IMG/VR virus record: IMGVR_UViG_3300037423_002564
DNA from: a virus
DNA: 64,000 nt
Direction: 5' to 3' (one strand)
This document shows positions 8,638-16,945 of the stretch, in pieces. Below the pieces are notes generated by a model that saw only the letters and a program-made list of their open reading frames with translations, was not told where the DNA came from and searched no databases. The translations under genes were made by a program, and so were the position numbers. Every line of letters starts with the position of its first letter. Position 1 is the stretch's first letter.

Positions 8638-8650
8638 ATTTCGAGGCCCC

Positions 8651-9016
8651 ATGATCCGCGAGTTCGTCTCCGCCCCCGCGATGGTCCGCAAGCTCAACGA
8701 GCTGGCAACCCTCGACCCCCACGCGATGTACGCGCTGGTGGAGCACCGCGTGCCCATGAACGAGGACCTCGCCAACCACCCCACCATGCAGGTGTCCATC
8801 GTGCCGGCGTCCACGGTGCCGGTGGGCGCGAGCGAGGCGGAGCGCCCCCGCTATATCGCGGGGATGCTGGGCGTCCTCAACGCCGTCTACGGCCTGCATT
8901 CCAGCGGTCCCTACGCGGGCTCCGGGGCCATCGTGGCCCACGTCGACGACGAGGCGAAGACCGTCAGCTTCAGCTTCCGCGACTACGACGACGCCCTGCC
9001 CAGCATCGAGGAGTAG
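8651..9016 (+). CDS. Conserved phage hypothetical protein
   Basis: LNELATLDP..ALVEHRVPMNEDLANHPTMQV..GMLGVLNAVYG pattern recalled from other phage hypotheticals. Confidence 0.65.
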   Translation: MIREFVSAPAMVRKLNELATLDPHAMYALVEHRVPMNEDLANHPTMQVSIVPASTVPVGASEAERPRYIAGMLGVLNAVYGLHSSGPYAGSGAIVAHVDDEAKTVSFSFRDYDDALPSIEE

Positions 9017-9020
9017 TTCC

Positions 9021-9512
9021 ATGTCGAAGAACCAGGCCGTGCCCTTGGAGAGCTGCCAGGAGACGCACCAGATGGGCATGATGTCCAACGGCGTCGAGGC
9101 GCTGGTGATGTTCCGGCACAACGAGACCAAGGCCATCAGCGTGTACCGCAGCGTCTCGTGCGAGGAGGCCCACACCTGGCCGCAGCCGCTGGAGCTGACC
9201 GGCGAGGCGGAGGAGAAGCGCCGCCTGATGCCCTTGGAGCGCGGCACCGTCATGCTGCCCGAGGGCCACATGCACATCGTGCTCCTCGACGACGAGCAGC
9301 TCTACGACGAGATCGTGGACGTCATCGTCAACGAGAAGGCGATCATCATCGGCGGCGAAGAGACGGTGGACGCCATCGTCGAGAACCCGGAGGCCGGCAC
9401 CGACGTGGTGGGCCAAGAGGCCGTCGACCTGGTGGCGCGCGTGGCCGATACGCCGCACGGCCTGCTGCCGGAGTCGGTGGAGAAGATCAAGCAGGCGTCG
9501 GGGCTCGCCTAG
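9021..9512 (+). CDS. Hypothetical protein
   Basis: 163 aa ORF with GAGGAG RBS. Confidence 0.65.
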   Translation: MSKNQAVPLESCQETHQMGMMSNGVEALVMFRHNETKAISVYRSVSCEEAHTWPQPLELTGEAEEKRRLMPLERGTVMLPEGHMHIVLLDDEQLYDEIVDVIVNEKAIIIGGEETVDAIVENPEAGTDVVGQEAVDLVARVADTPHGLLPESVEKIKQASGLA

Positions 9513-9529
9513 TGCGTCCGCGCAGCAGC

Positions 9530-9715
9530 ATGGCGCTCGCCATGGCCGTGTGCCTGGCCGGCGTGGGCATCGACCCTTACGAGCACCCGAAGCACGCCCG
9601 CGACCGGGCGGCCAAGAAGAACGGCGTGGGGGCCTTCGCCAAGACGAAGGGCCAGGCCCAGCGCCGCGCCAAGGGCAAGGCCGCGGGCAAGAGCCGCGCG
9701 AGGAACCGCAAGTGA
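9530..9715 (+). CDS. Small basic protein
   Basis: Lys/Arg-rich C-terminus QRRAKGKAAGKSRARNRK; GTG at 9512 is an alternative start. Confidence 0.5.
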   Translation: MALAMAVCLAGVGIDPYEHPKHARDRAAKKNGVGAFAKTKGQAQRRAKGKAAGKSRARNRK

Positions 9716-10266
9716 GCTTCCGTAAGCTCGTGCGTGCCTGCCGCGAGGACACGGCCGTGAAGCAGGGCTACGACGGCCAGGCGGGTTTCGACTTCCTGGC
9801 CTTCATCGACGTCAAGCTGGCGGAGCGGGCGGCCAAGAACGACGGCTGCTACTACATGGCCTTCTGGCACCCGCTCCACGACCCGCTCAAGCTCGCCACC
9901 CTGGCGGACGAGGGGCGTGCTGGCGTGCAGAAGCTGATCCAGCGCCACGACGTGTTCGACCTGGCCGAAGCCCTGCGTGCGCGCACCGCCGGCCACAACC
10001 ATCTTATCGACATCGAGGACCTGGAGCGGGTCGAGATGCCGGAAGGCGTGCGCACGCAGGTCTACCTGGTGCGCCGCGGGGTGGCCCACGCCTGCTGGCG
10101 CTTCCTGGAACTGATGTGCGTGCCCGGGACCTGCTTCCGCATCCGCTATTGGGGCATGCACCACGGCAAGCGCGTCGAGGCCCGCCTCGTGACCCTGCGC
10201 CCGGGTTGCGAGAACGTCGGCGACATCCAGCCCGCGGACCGGCCGCGCGCGCGGAGGGCGCGATGA
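9712..10266 (+). CDS. Hypothetical protein
   Basis: GTGA overlap start; MSFRKLVRAC... Confidence 0.6.
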   Translation: MSFRKLVRACREDTAVKQGYDGQAGFDFLAFIDVKLAERAAKNDGCYYMAFWHPLHDPLKLATLADEGRAGVQKLIQRHDVFDLAEALRARTAGHNHLIDIEDLERVEMPEGVRTQVYLVRRGVAHACWRFLELMCVPGTCFRIRYWGMHHGKRVEARLVTLRPGCENVGDIQPADRPRARRAR

Positions 10267-10610
10267 TCACGAAGACCGGCGAGACCGCCATCTACAAGGC
10301 CGTCGACAGCGGACGGCTCGTGGTCATCGGCCACATCGACTTCAACGGCGTGGTCTTCCGCGAGGCGGAGAAGTCCGCGGGCCTCTTGGACCACGACGAG
10401 CACCTCCAGCAGAAGTATGACCTCTCGTGGTCGGGCGAGCTGACCTTCTACTCCCAGGGCTCCTGCCTCACGGCCGCGCTGGAGGGCCTGCCCTTCCGAC
10501 CCGCGCCCGAGGCGCCGCAGCCTCCTCCCATCGGCCGCGGCAAGCGCCAGGCCAACCGCAAGAAGAACAAGGCCGCCGACGCGAGCCGCAAGAAGAACAG
10601 GAGACGCTAA
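10263..10610 (+). CDS. Hypothetical protein with basic C-terminal tail
   Basis: ATGA overlap; ends RGKRQANRKKNKAADASRKKNRRR. Confidence 0.65.
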   Translation: MITKTGETAIYKAVDSGRLVVIGHIDFNGVVFREAEKSAGLLDHDEHLQQKYDLSWSGELTFYSQGSCLTAALEGLPFRPAPEAPQPPPIGRGKRQANRKKNKAADASRKKNRRR

Positions 10611-10849
10611 TGGCAGGCACCAAGCCCGGTCCCGACAAGGGCGATCCGCGGGCGAGCATCAACGGCAAGAAGGGCGCCGCCGCGGCGCGCGCGGAGCACG
10701 GCGTCGAGCTGTACACCCGCGCGGGCAAGCTGGGCGGCCAGGCCACCAAGGAGAAGCACGGCGAGGAGCACTACCGCGCCATCGGCCAGAAGGGCGCGGC
10801 GTCGCGCAAGGCCAAGAAGGAAGCCGCGCGGGCGCGCGGGGAAGGGTAG
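10610..10849 (+). CDS. KGG-repeat general stress protein-like
   Basis: Repeats NGKKGAAA / AGKLGGQAT / HYRAIGQKGAAS resemble the KGG (YciG/GsiB-like) motif. Confidence 0.7.
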   Translation: MAGTKPGPDKGDPRASINGKKGAAAARAEHGVELYTRAGKLGGQATKEKHGEEHYRAIGQKGAASRKAKKEAARARGEG

Positions 10850-10853
10850 CCCC

Positions 10854-11741
10854 ATGGCGAACAACTACAACACCGTCATCTTGCAAGGCAAGGTCGCGTC
10901 GGAGCCCGCGAAGTGCGTGTACCGGCCGAACCCCGCCAAGAAGGGCGATCGCACGATCCCGCTGCCGCAGGAGAACGCCGTGCGCTTCTACCTGAACGTG
11001 CCGCGCTGGCGCAAGGACGACAGCCTGCCCGAAGGCGGCGTGTGGATCCCCAACCACATCATGGTGTACCTGTTCGGGCCCGCCATGGAGCGCGCGCTCG
11101 ACCCGGTGAAGGGCATCAAGAAGGACGCCCGCGTCCTCATCGACGCCGGCAACCTCGACAAGATCCAGTGGAAGGAGGCCGGCCCCGACGGCGGCGAGGT
11201 CAACCGCTCGCTCGCCATCGTGCGCACGTTCGGCTTCAAGCCCGGCGGCGCGGAGAACATCAACAAGGTCATCATCATGGGGCGCCTGCACAAGGACCCC
11301 GAGGTCAAGTTCTTCGACGGCGGCGGCTGCAACGTCAGCATGACCATCTCCACCGATCGTCCCGTCAAGGTGAACGACCAGTGGGTCAGCGCCCGCACCT
11401 GGAGCGACATCAAGCTGGTGGGCAAGCGCGCGGAGACCGCGGGCGAGTACCTGCGCGCCGGCCGCGATGCGCTGGTCGAGGGCTGGCTGGAGGTCGAGAC
11501 CTGGACGCCCAAGGGCACGGACAAGAAGGCGTCCAAGACCATCATCAAGGGCTTCGACTTCGTGTTCGCCGGCGGCTCCGGCGGTGGCAGCGCGCCCGCC
11601 TCGGGCGACATGCCCCCGATGCCCGCGGACGACCCGTGGGGCGACAGCAGCTACGGCCCGCCGGACGACTACTACGGCGAGGGCGCCGGCGGCGGTGGCG
11701 ATCGCCGCGCGCCCGACCTCGACGACGAGATCCCGTTCTAG
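10854..11741 (+). CDS. ssb: Single-stranded DNA-binding protein with two OB folds
   Basis: NTVILQGKVASEP (OB1), NKVIIMGRLHKDPEV...VEGWLEVETW (OB2), Gly-rich linker, C-terminal DDEIPF. Confidence 0.9.
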   Translation: MANNYNTVILQGKVASEPAKCVYRPNPAKKGDRTIPLPQENAVRFYLNVPRWRKDDSLPEGGVWIPNHIMVYLFGPAMERALDPVKGIKKDARVLIDAGNLDKIQWKEAGPDGGEVNRSLAIVRTFGFKPGGAENINKVIIMGRLHKDPEVKFFDGGGCNVSMTISTDRPVKVNDQWVSARTWSDIKLVGKRAETAGEYLRAGRDALVEGWLEVETWTPKGTDKKASKTIIKGFDFVFAGGSGGGSAPASGDMPPMPADDPWGDSSYGPPDDYYGEGAGGGGDRRAPDLDDEIPF

Positions 11742-12115
11742 TGCCGCGCGACGAGGTGGGCCCGGACCATCGCCTGCACGAGGATGGCCCGTGGAGCTTC
11801 GAGTGGTCCAACGACTACGGCGATGCGGGCGTGGTGCGCGTGTTCCACCGGGGCGAGCCCCGGCTGGAGCTGACGCTCGCGCCCACCCACCCCGGCTGCA
11901 TGCGCCGGGGCGGCCCGGTGCCGGGCACCTTCGACGAGCTGCGTGGCGAGTTCTGGGGCGCCACGGGCCCCCACCGCACCAACGAGCGAGACCTGAAGCT
12001 CGCGCTCTATCGCAACCCCGACGACATCCAGCTCGTGGCGGGCACCGTGCGGCTCCAGCTTCCGCGCCCCTTTGGCGATCGCCTCTACGACTTCATGGAG
12101 ACCTTCTGCGAATGA
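11741..12115 (+). CDS. Hypothetical protein
   Basis: GTG start overlapping the ssb stop. Confidence 0.55.
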   Translation: MPRDEVGPDHRLHEDGPWSFEWSNDYGDAGVVRVFHRGEPRLELTLAPTHPGCMRRGGPVPGTFDELRGEFWGATGPHRTNERDLKLALYRNPDDIQLVAGTVRLQLPRPFGDRLYDFMETFCE

Positions 12116-12309
12116 TCTGGTTCAACCTGCCCGCCATCACGCTCGACAGCCCCTGGCTGGACCTGCCGTGCATGCGCCTCCGCCTGGAGGTGGAGCCGCG
12201 GGACGCGTGGGTGGGTGCTTACATCGACCAGCGCCGCGAGGGGCTGCATCTGTTCTTGTGCGGCGTGCCGTTCGTGCCGCTGCATGTCATCGTGAGGAAC
12301 CGCGCATGA
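12112..12309 (+). CDS. Small hypothetical protein
   Basis: ATGA overlaps; EPRDAWVGAY motif. Confidence 0.6.
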   Translation: MIWFNLPAITLDSPWLDLPCMRLRLEVEPRDAWVGAYIDQRREGLHLFLCGVPFVPLHVIVRNRA

Positions 12310-12665
12310 ACTTCGACCCGGCCAAGGGCCGCCAGCTCAACCTCTCCGACGGCCGCCCGGCCGTGCTGCTCGACCGCTTCGAGATCGACGGCAAGGACTA
12401 CGGCCTGCTCTGCATGAGCATCCTGCCCAGCCTGGGCGGCGACAAGATGCTGGTCAACCGCATCGTGCGCGTCGAGCCGGGCAGCAGCAGCGAGATGCTC
12501 CGCCTGGTCGGCGTGGAGTCCGGCAGCGAAGAGGGCCAGCTCTGCCAGCGTCGTGTAATGGCGGAGTTGCAGCTCGTGATGAGCGCCCACGGCCTGACGG
12601 AAGGCCAGGACTACCGCGCCGACCTCGTCGACAACCCCAACCACCTCGACACGGAGGGCGCATGA
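12306..12665 (+). CDS. Hypothetical protein
   Basis: ATGA overlaps; MNFDPAKGRQL... Confidence 0.6.
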   Translation: MNFDPAKGRQLNLSDGRPAVLLDRFEIDGKDYGLLCMSILPSLGGDKMLVNRIVRVEPGSSSEMLRLVGVESGSEEGQLCQRRVMAELQLVMSAHGLTEGQDYRADLVDNPNHLDTEGA

Positions 12666-12892
12666 CCCCGCACCTGCTCACGCCTGCCCAGCAGGCCGTC
12701 CTCGACGCACCGCTCGTCGTCCCGCCGGCGCTGACCTACACCTGGTGGATGTGGTTGCCCGCGCTGCTGGAGCTGCTGGCCTACGCCTTCATCCTGGCGA
12801 TCGCCCTGCCCTGGCTCCTGGGCGCGCTGGTCATGAGCGTCAAGCTCGTGCGCCGCGTCGACTGGCGCCTGTTCGGGGGCGTCAAGCCGTGA
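12662..12892 (+). CDS. Small membrane protein
   Basis: Long hydrophobic stretch WWMWLPALLELLAYAFILAIALPWLLGALVM. Confidence 0.6.
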   Translation: MTPHLLTPAQQAVLDAPLVVPPALTYTWWMWLPALLELLAYAFILAIALPWLLGALVMSVKLVRRVDWRLFGGVKP

Positions 12893-13155
12893 TGGGCCCG
12901 CGCAAGCTCTGGGCCCGCCTGGTCGCCTGGAACGAGGGGCTCAAGGAGCGGATGATGCGGCGCACGATGGCGCGCGTGCAGGCGAGCCTGCGCCGCCTCG
13001 ACCCGCACGCCCAGGTGCTGACCATGCGGGAGGGGCCGCTGATGTGCATCCGCATCAAGGTGGACCCGCTGCTCTTGCAGGGCGACACCCCCACCCACGC
13101 GTCGGTGCGCAAGCTGCTGGAGTCCCTGGAACGCCTGGGCATCACGAGGGCCTGA
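12892..13155 (+). CDS. Hypothetical protein
   Basis: TGATG overlap; MGPRKLWARL... Confidence 0.55.
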   Translation: MGPRKLWARLVAWNEGLKERMMRRTMARVQASLRRLDPHAQVLTMREGPLMCIRIKVDPLLLQGDTPTHASVRKLLESLERLGITRA

Positions 13156-13157
13156 AG

Positions 13158-14102
13158 ATGGACGAGCACGAAGACACCCGCTTCGACAACGGCGAAGACC
13201 CCGACGACCACGACCACGACGCCGAAGGCGTGATCGAGGAGGAGGTCATCTTCCTCAAGAACATCGAGACCGATCTGGAGGAGACGTTCGTCATCACGCA
13301 CCACGTGGAGCTGGACGGCCAGCGCTACGTCGCCTTGGAGTACGCGGAGCAGGACGAGAGCGTCGACCACGACGCCGTGTTCATCCACCGCGTCGAGGAC
13401 GTTGACGGCGTGGCGCACTACTACCCGGTGGAGGACGAGCTGGAGTTCCTGCGCGTCATCCGCAACATCGAAGAGCAGGAGGGCCTGGCGCCCGGCACGC
13501 TGGTGATCGCCAGCGCAGAAGAGGAAGAAGCCTTGAAGGACAGCGAGTTCCAGCGCGCCATCGGCGCCAAGTACGAAGCGGAGGCGGGCCCCGGCCCGGC
13601 CGACGACCCCTGGGCCAAGCCCGTGGACGTGCGCATGACGCTCGCGCAGTTGAGCGCGGCCACCCTGGGCCTGCGCTTCCTCGACGCGAAGCACCACGGC
13701 GCGATCGCCGCCGGCATGATCCCGGGCAACGCGGCCACCATCGAGCGGCTGCAAGAGGTGCTGACCACCCACGGCATGGCGACCGTCAGCGGCGAGCCGG
13801 TTACGGTCTTCGAGGTCGGCTCCTACGTACCCAGCGTGCTCGCGGCCACCGACCTCACGGACGAGCACCGCACGCAGCTCCTGAACCACAACCGCCTCAA
13901 CCCGCCCTGCGTGACCGCGCCGCGGCTGGGCGAGCTGGTGGACCTCGACATCCTGATCGACCGGCTCAAGCAGGGGCTGGTGAGCGCGTACATGGAGAAG
14001 CTGGGCATCCCCGTGCTGGAGAGCCCGGAGGACGTGCCCTCGGACGCGCTGCGCCACCTCATCACCGACATCATGGACTTCGAGCCGCGGGGCGTGGTGT
14101 AG
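13158..14102 (+). CDS. DUF1292-like domain protein
   Basis: Acidic N-terminus, then FVITHHVELDGQRYVALE...VFIHRVED..GVAHYYPVEDELEFLRV. Confidence 0.6.
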   Translation: MDEHEDTRFDNGEDPDDHDHDAEGVIEEEVIFLKNIETDLEETFVITHHVELDGQRYVALEYAEQDESVDHDAVFIHRVEDVDGVAHYYPVEDELEFLRVIRNIEEQEGLAPGTLVIASAEEEEALKDSEFQRAIGAKYEAEAGPGPADDPWAKPVDVRMTLAQLSAATLGLRFLDAKHHGAIAAGMIPGNAATIERLQEVLTTHGMATVSGEPVTVFEVGSYVPSVLAATDLTDEHRTQLLNHNRLNPPCVTAPRLGELVDLDILIDRLKQGLVSAYMEKLGIPVLESPEDVPSDALRHLITDIMDFEPRGVV

Positions 14103-14543
14103 ATGCCGAACCATCCCAGCACCCCGTACACCGTCCAGATCACGCGGCACTGGCACGGCGAGTTCACCCGCCAGGCCAGCCGCTCGCGCCAGGACGAGGC
14201 GCTGGGAGTCTTCGAGCGCAAGATGGGCGCCGACGCCGCGGAGGGGATGGCCGAGGATCTGCTCACGCAACTCCAGTGCGCCCGTGCCGTGTTCGGCCAG
14301 GGCCACGCGATGTTCGTGGACGAGACCGTCTGCCCCGTCAAGGACTGCGGCCAGCACCACGCGGCCGTGCCGGGCGAGGAGACGCCGGCGCCCGACACGT
14401 TGGACTCCGCCATCACGCTCTACAACAACGCCAAGGAACAAGCCCCGGAGCACCGCGAGGGCGCGCTGATGATCGCGCGCCAGGCCGTGCTGCGGGCCGC
14501 CGAGTTCGAGCTGAAACGCTCCAGGCTCGGCACCACCCCGTAA
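14103..14543 (+). CDS. Hypothetical protein (CPVKDC motif)
   Basis: 146 aa ORF abutting the upstream stop. Confidence 0.6.
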   Translation: MPNHPSTPYTVQITRHWHGEFTRQASRSRQDEALGVFERKMGADAAEGMAEDLLTQLQCARAVFGQGHAMFVDETVCPVKDCGQHHAAVPGEETPAPDTLDSAITLYNNAKEQAPEHREGALMIARQAVLRAAEFELKRSRLGTTP

Positions 14544-14571
14544 CCCCCACCCACTACAGAGGAGGCCCCCG

Positions 14572-14817
14572 ATGGGCGACTTCATCAAGACCAGCACCTA
14601 CGACGCCACCCAGAACGAGGACGGCTCCTGGACCGTCAAGTCCGACAAGACCGGCAAGGAAGCCACCATCCCGCACGAGCAGTTCATGCAGGAGTACAAG
14701 CTGACGCCGGCCAAGAAGGGCACGCCCTACTCCGAAGGCAAGGCCGCCTACGTGCGCGCCAAGAAGGGCCAGGCCAAGCCGGCCGCCAAGGCCGCCAAGG
14801 AGAAGAAGGCCAAGTAG
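14572..14817 (+). CDS. Small protein with Lys/Ala-rich tail; reduced 'YRKKP..GDW..F...YE'-type domain
   Basis: GAGGAGG RBS; GSWTVK..IPHEQFMQEYK; tail KPAAKAAKEKKAK. Confidence 0.6.
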   Translation: MGDFIKTSTYDATQNEDGSWTVKSDKTGKEATIPHEQFMQEYKLTPAKKGTPYSEGKAAYVRAKKGQAKPAAKAAKEKKAK

Positions 14818-14828
14818 CCGTTCCCGCC

Positions 14829-14855
14829 GGGGAGGGCCCGCGGGCCTTCCCCTTT
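14829..14855 (+). terminator. Probable intrinsic terminator
   Basis: GGGGAGGGCC-CGCG-GGCCTTCCCC stem followed by TTT. Confidence 0.55.
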
Positions 14856-14873
14856 CCGCCCCAGGAGGGCCAC

Positions 14874-15116
14874 ATGAGCACGTTCGACCGCATCCAGACC
14901 ATCGTCAGCGACCGCCTTGGGGTGGAGCGCCGCCTGGTGGCCGAGCAGACCAACCTCGAAGGCGAGCTGGGCATGGACTCGCTCGACCGCGTGGAGCTGG
15001 TGATGGCCTTCGAGGAGGAGTTCAACATCGAGATCCCCGACGAGGACATGGCGGCGATCGCCACCGTCGAGGACGCCGTGAAGCTCGCCGACCGCCTGGT
15101 GGCCGCGAATGGCTAA
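14874..15116 (+). CDS. acpP: Acyl carrier protein
   Basis: 80 aa acidic protein; LGMDSLDRVELVMAFEEEFNIEIPDED with the phosphopantetheine Ser (DSL). Confidence 0.93.
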   Translation: MSTFDRIQTIVSDRLGVERRLVAEQTNLEGELGMDSLDRVELVMAFEEEFNIEIPDEDMAAIATVEDAVKLADRLVAANG

Positions 15117-15531
15117 CTTCCGCAACGCGCCCGTCTACGTCCAGGCGCTCCAGCTCACGAAGTCCATCTGGATCGACGACTGGCGGGACGAGGTGGCGCG
15201 CGCCGCGGCGCAGGACGGCCAGTGCCAGAAGTGCCTCGACCGCATCGAGGGCAAGAAGGGCGACTGGCTCGTGACCTTCCCCGACGGCCACATGGAGATC
15301 ATCAAGGACAAGGACTTCCGCAAGGCGTTCGTGCCCTCCGACTTCATCGAGGACCACGCCAAGAGCCTGCGCGAGAGCTTGGAGCGCTTCAAGCGCGACC
15401 CCATCAAGCCGATGCCGCCCCCGCAGCCCCTCTACCCGTACCAGCCCCAGCAGCCCTACTTCCCCATGGGCCCCACCTGCGCGGTGGGCGGCGCCTTCCC
15501 CGACGCCATGAGCTGGCACGTCCCAGGGTAG
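15109..15531 (+). CDS. Phage 'YRKKP..GDW..F...YE' domain protein
   Basis: FRNAPVYVQALQL...GKKGDWLVTFPDGHMEIIKDKDFRKAF. Confidence 0.6.
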   Translation: MANFRNAPVYVQALQLTKSIWIDDWRDEVARAAAQDGQCQKCLDRIEGKKGDWLVTFPDGHMEIIKDKDFRKAFVPSDFIEDHAKSLRESLERFKRDPIKPMPPPQPLYPYQPQQPYFPMGPTCAVGGAFPDAMSWHVPG

Positions 15532-15560
15532 GACCAAGCGACCAATCGACCAGGAGGACC
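15527..15560 (+). promoter_or_regulatory. Operator array overlapping the RBS of the winged-helix gene
   Basis: GGTAGGACC AAGCGACC AATCGACC AGGAGGACC, then ATG at 15563. Confidence 0.6.
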
Positions 15561-15562
15561 CC

Positions 15563-16003
15563 ATGGCCCGACGCACCAGCGCGGTCGCGTACCGCCAGAT
15601 CATGAACAGCGGCCTGTTGAGCCGCCGGCGCTCCGAGGTGTACGCCACCTTGTACGAGCACGGCCCGCTCACGGTGATGGAGACCTGCCACAAGCTGGGC
15701 ATGCCCGACGCGCAGACCACTATCTCGCCGCGCATGGCGGAGCTGAAGCGGCTGGGCGTCGTCTGCGAGGACGGCACCAAGATCTGCTCCATCACCGGCA
15801 AGCGCGCCATCCAGTGGGACGTCACGGAGGCCCTGCCGGCCAAGCCCGCCAAGACGGAGACCACCAAGCAGCGCTTGGAGCGCCTGGAGGCGGAGCGCAA
15901 GCTCTTGGTCGAGGTGGTCAAGCAGGCCCGGCCGGTCGCTGACGGCAACGCGGACCTGCGCCTTGCGATCGCGGCCGTCGACCAGTTGTGGGTGCAAGGC
16001 TGA
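15563..16003 (+). CDS. Winged-helix DNA-binding protein with C-terminal coiled coil
   Basis: EVYATLYEHGPLTVMETCHKLG...TISPRMAELKRLGVV...wing ITGKRAIQW. Confidence 0.7.
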   Translation: MARRTSAVAYRQIMNSGLLSRRRSEVYATLYEHGPLTVMETCHKLGMPDAQTTISPRMAELKRLGVVCEDGTKICSITGKRAIQWDVTEALPAKPAKTETTKQRLERLEAERKLLVEVVKQARPVADGNADLRLAIAAVDQLWVQG

Positions 16004-16260
16004 TGGGCGTGGGCGACGACTGGCACCCCTGCCTGGAGAAGAAGCTGCACCCGGGCGACGAGCAGGATCCGCGCATCCAGCGGGCCCGGGAGATCGTTCA
16101 GCTTGGCGACAAGATCACGATCGCCAAGGGCATCCTGCGCGACAAGACCGAGCAGCGGCTGAAGCTGGAGGCGGAGTACGCCCAGGCTGAAGCCGCGGAG
16201 GAGAGGGCTCGCAGGGAGCTGGCGGAGTACGAACGGCTCTTCGACGAGCGTGTGAAGTAA
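16003..16260 (+). CDS. Coiled-coil protein
   Basis: TGATG overlap; heptad-like charged sequence. Confidence 0.6.
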   Translation: MGVGDDWHPCLEKKLHPGDEQDPRIQRAREIVQLGDKITIAKGILRDKTEQRLKLEAEYAQAEAAEERARRELAEYERLFDERVK

Positions 16261-16271
16261 GGAGCGACCCC

Positions 16272-16925
16272 TTGGAGATGAAGACCTACCGCCGCAAGCC
16301 CGAGCCCGTGCGCGCGTTCCAGTGGAACGTGACGCTAGGCGAGGTCGAGGGCGTGATCCGCTGCCCCAACCGCAACTGCCAGGCGGAGGGCGTGCCCGAC
16401 CACTTCGCCCTCCAGACCCCCAGCGGCCTGGACTCCATCAGCTCGACCGACTGGGTGCTGGTCCACGAGGACGGCACGCGCACGCGCCTCACGGACGCCC
16501 GCTTCCGCGCCGAATACGAGCCACAGCTCTCCGTCGCCGACTTCCTGCGCCCCATCGACGTTCCCGGCCCGATGGCCGACCTGGAGCGGATGCTGGACTA
16601 CGCCGGCAGCCAGCCGCCGGACTTCGTGGAGCGCGTGGTGCAGTTCGACGACACCATCGACGAGCGGATCGACACGCCCGAGATCAACGCGGCGGTGGAG
16701 CGCAACATCGCGGAGCTGCAAGACGGCGTGCGCATCATCACCGACGGCTGCTCCAAGTTCACCTGGGTCATCGGCAAGAGCGGGCGGGCGTTGGGCCTGA
16801 TCACCCGCCTGGCGATCGCCATCGCGGTCGACCCCGAACACTACGAGGCGGTCATCACCTTCGTGAATGGCAAGACCATCACCGTGTTTAACCCGCGTCC
16901 CTATTACGTCGCGCCCGCGACCTAA
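16272..16925 (+). CDS. Phage 'YRKKP..GDW..F...YE' domain protein
   Basis: TYRRKPEPVRAFQW...STDWVLVHEDG..LTDARFRAEYEP. Confidence 0.65.
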   Translation: MEMKTYRRKPEPVRAFQWNVTLGEVEGVIRCPNRNCQAEGVPDHFALQTPSGLDSISSTDWVLVHEDGTRTRLTDARFRAEYEPQLSVADFLRPIDVPGPMADLERMLDYAGSQPPDFVERVVQFDDTIDERIDTPEINAAVERNIAELQDGVRIITDGCSKFTWVIGKSGRALGLITRLAIAIAVDPEHYEAVITFVNGKTITVFNPRPYYVAPAT

Positions 16926-16945
16926 CACAGAAAGGTATCTACATT

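Noticed and set aside
10305-10316. VDSGR in the gene at 10263 (and YDAGR at 55107 in a cargo protein)
   Set aside because: Isolated, with no Cys/His scaffold and outside the array. Likely chance, though the 10263 hit could be re-examined with a profile.
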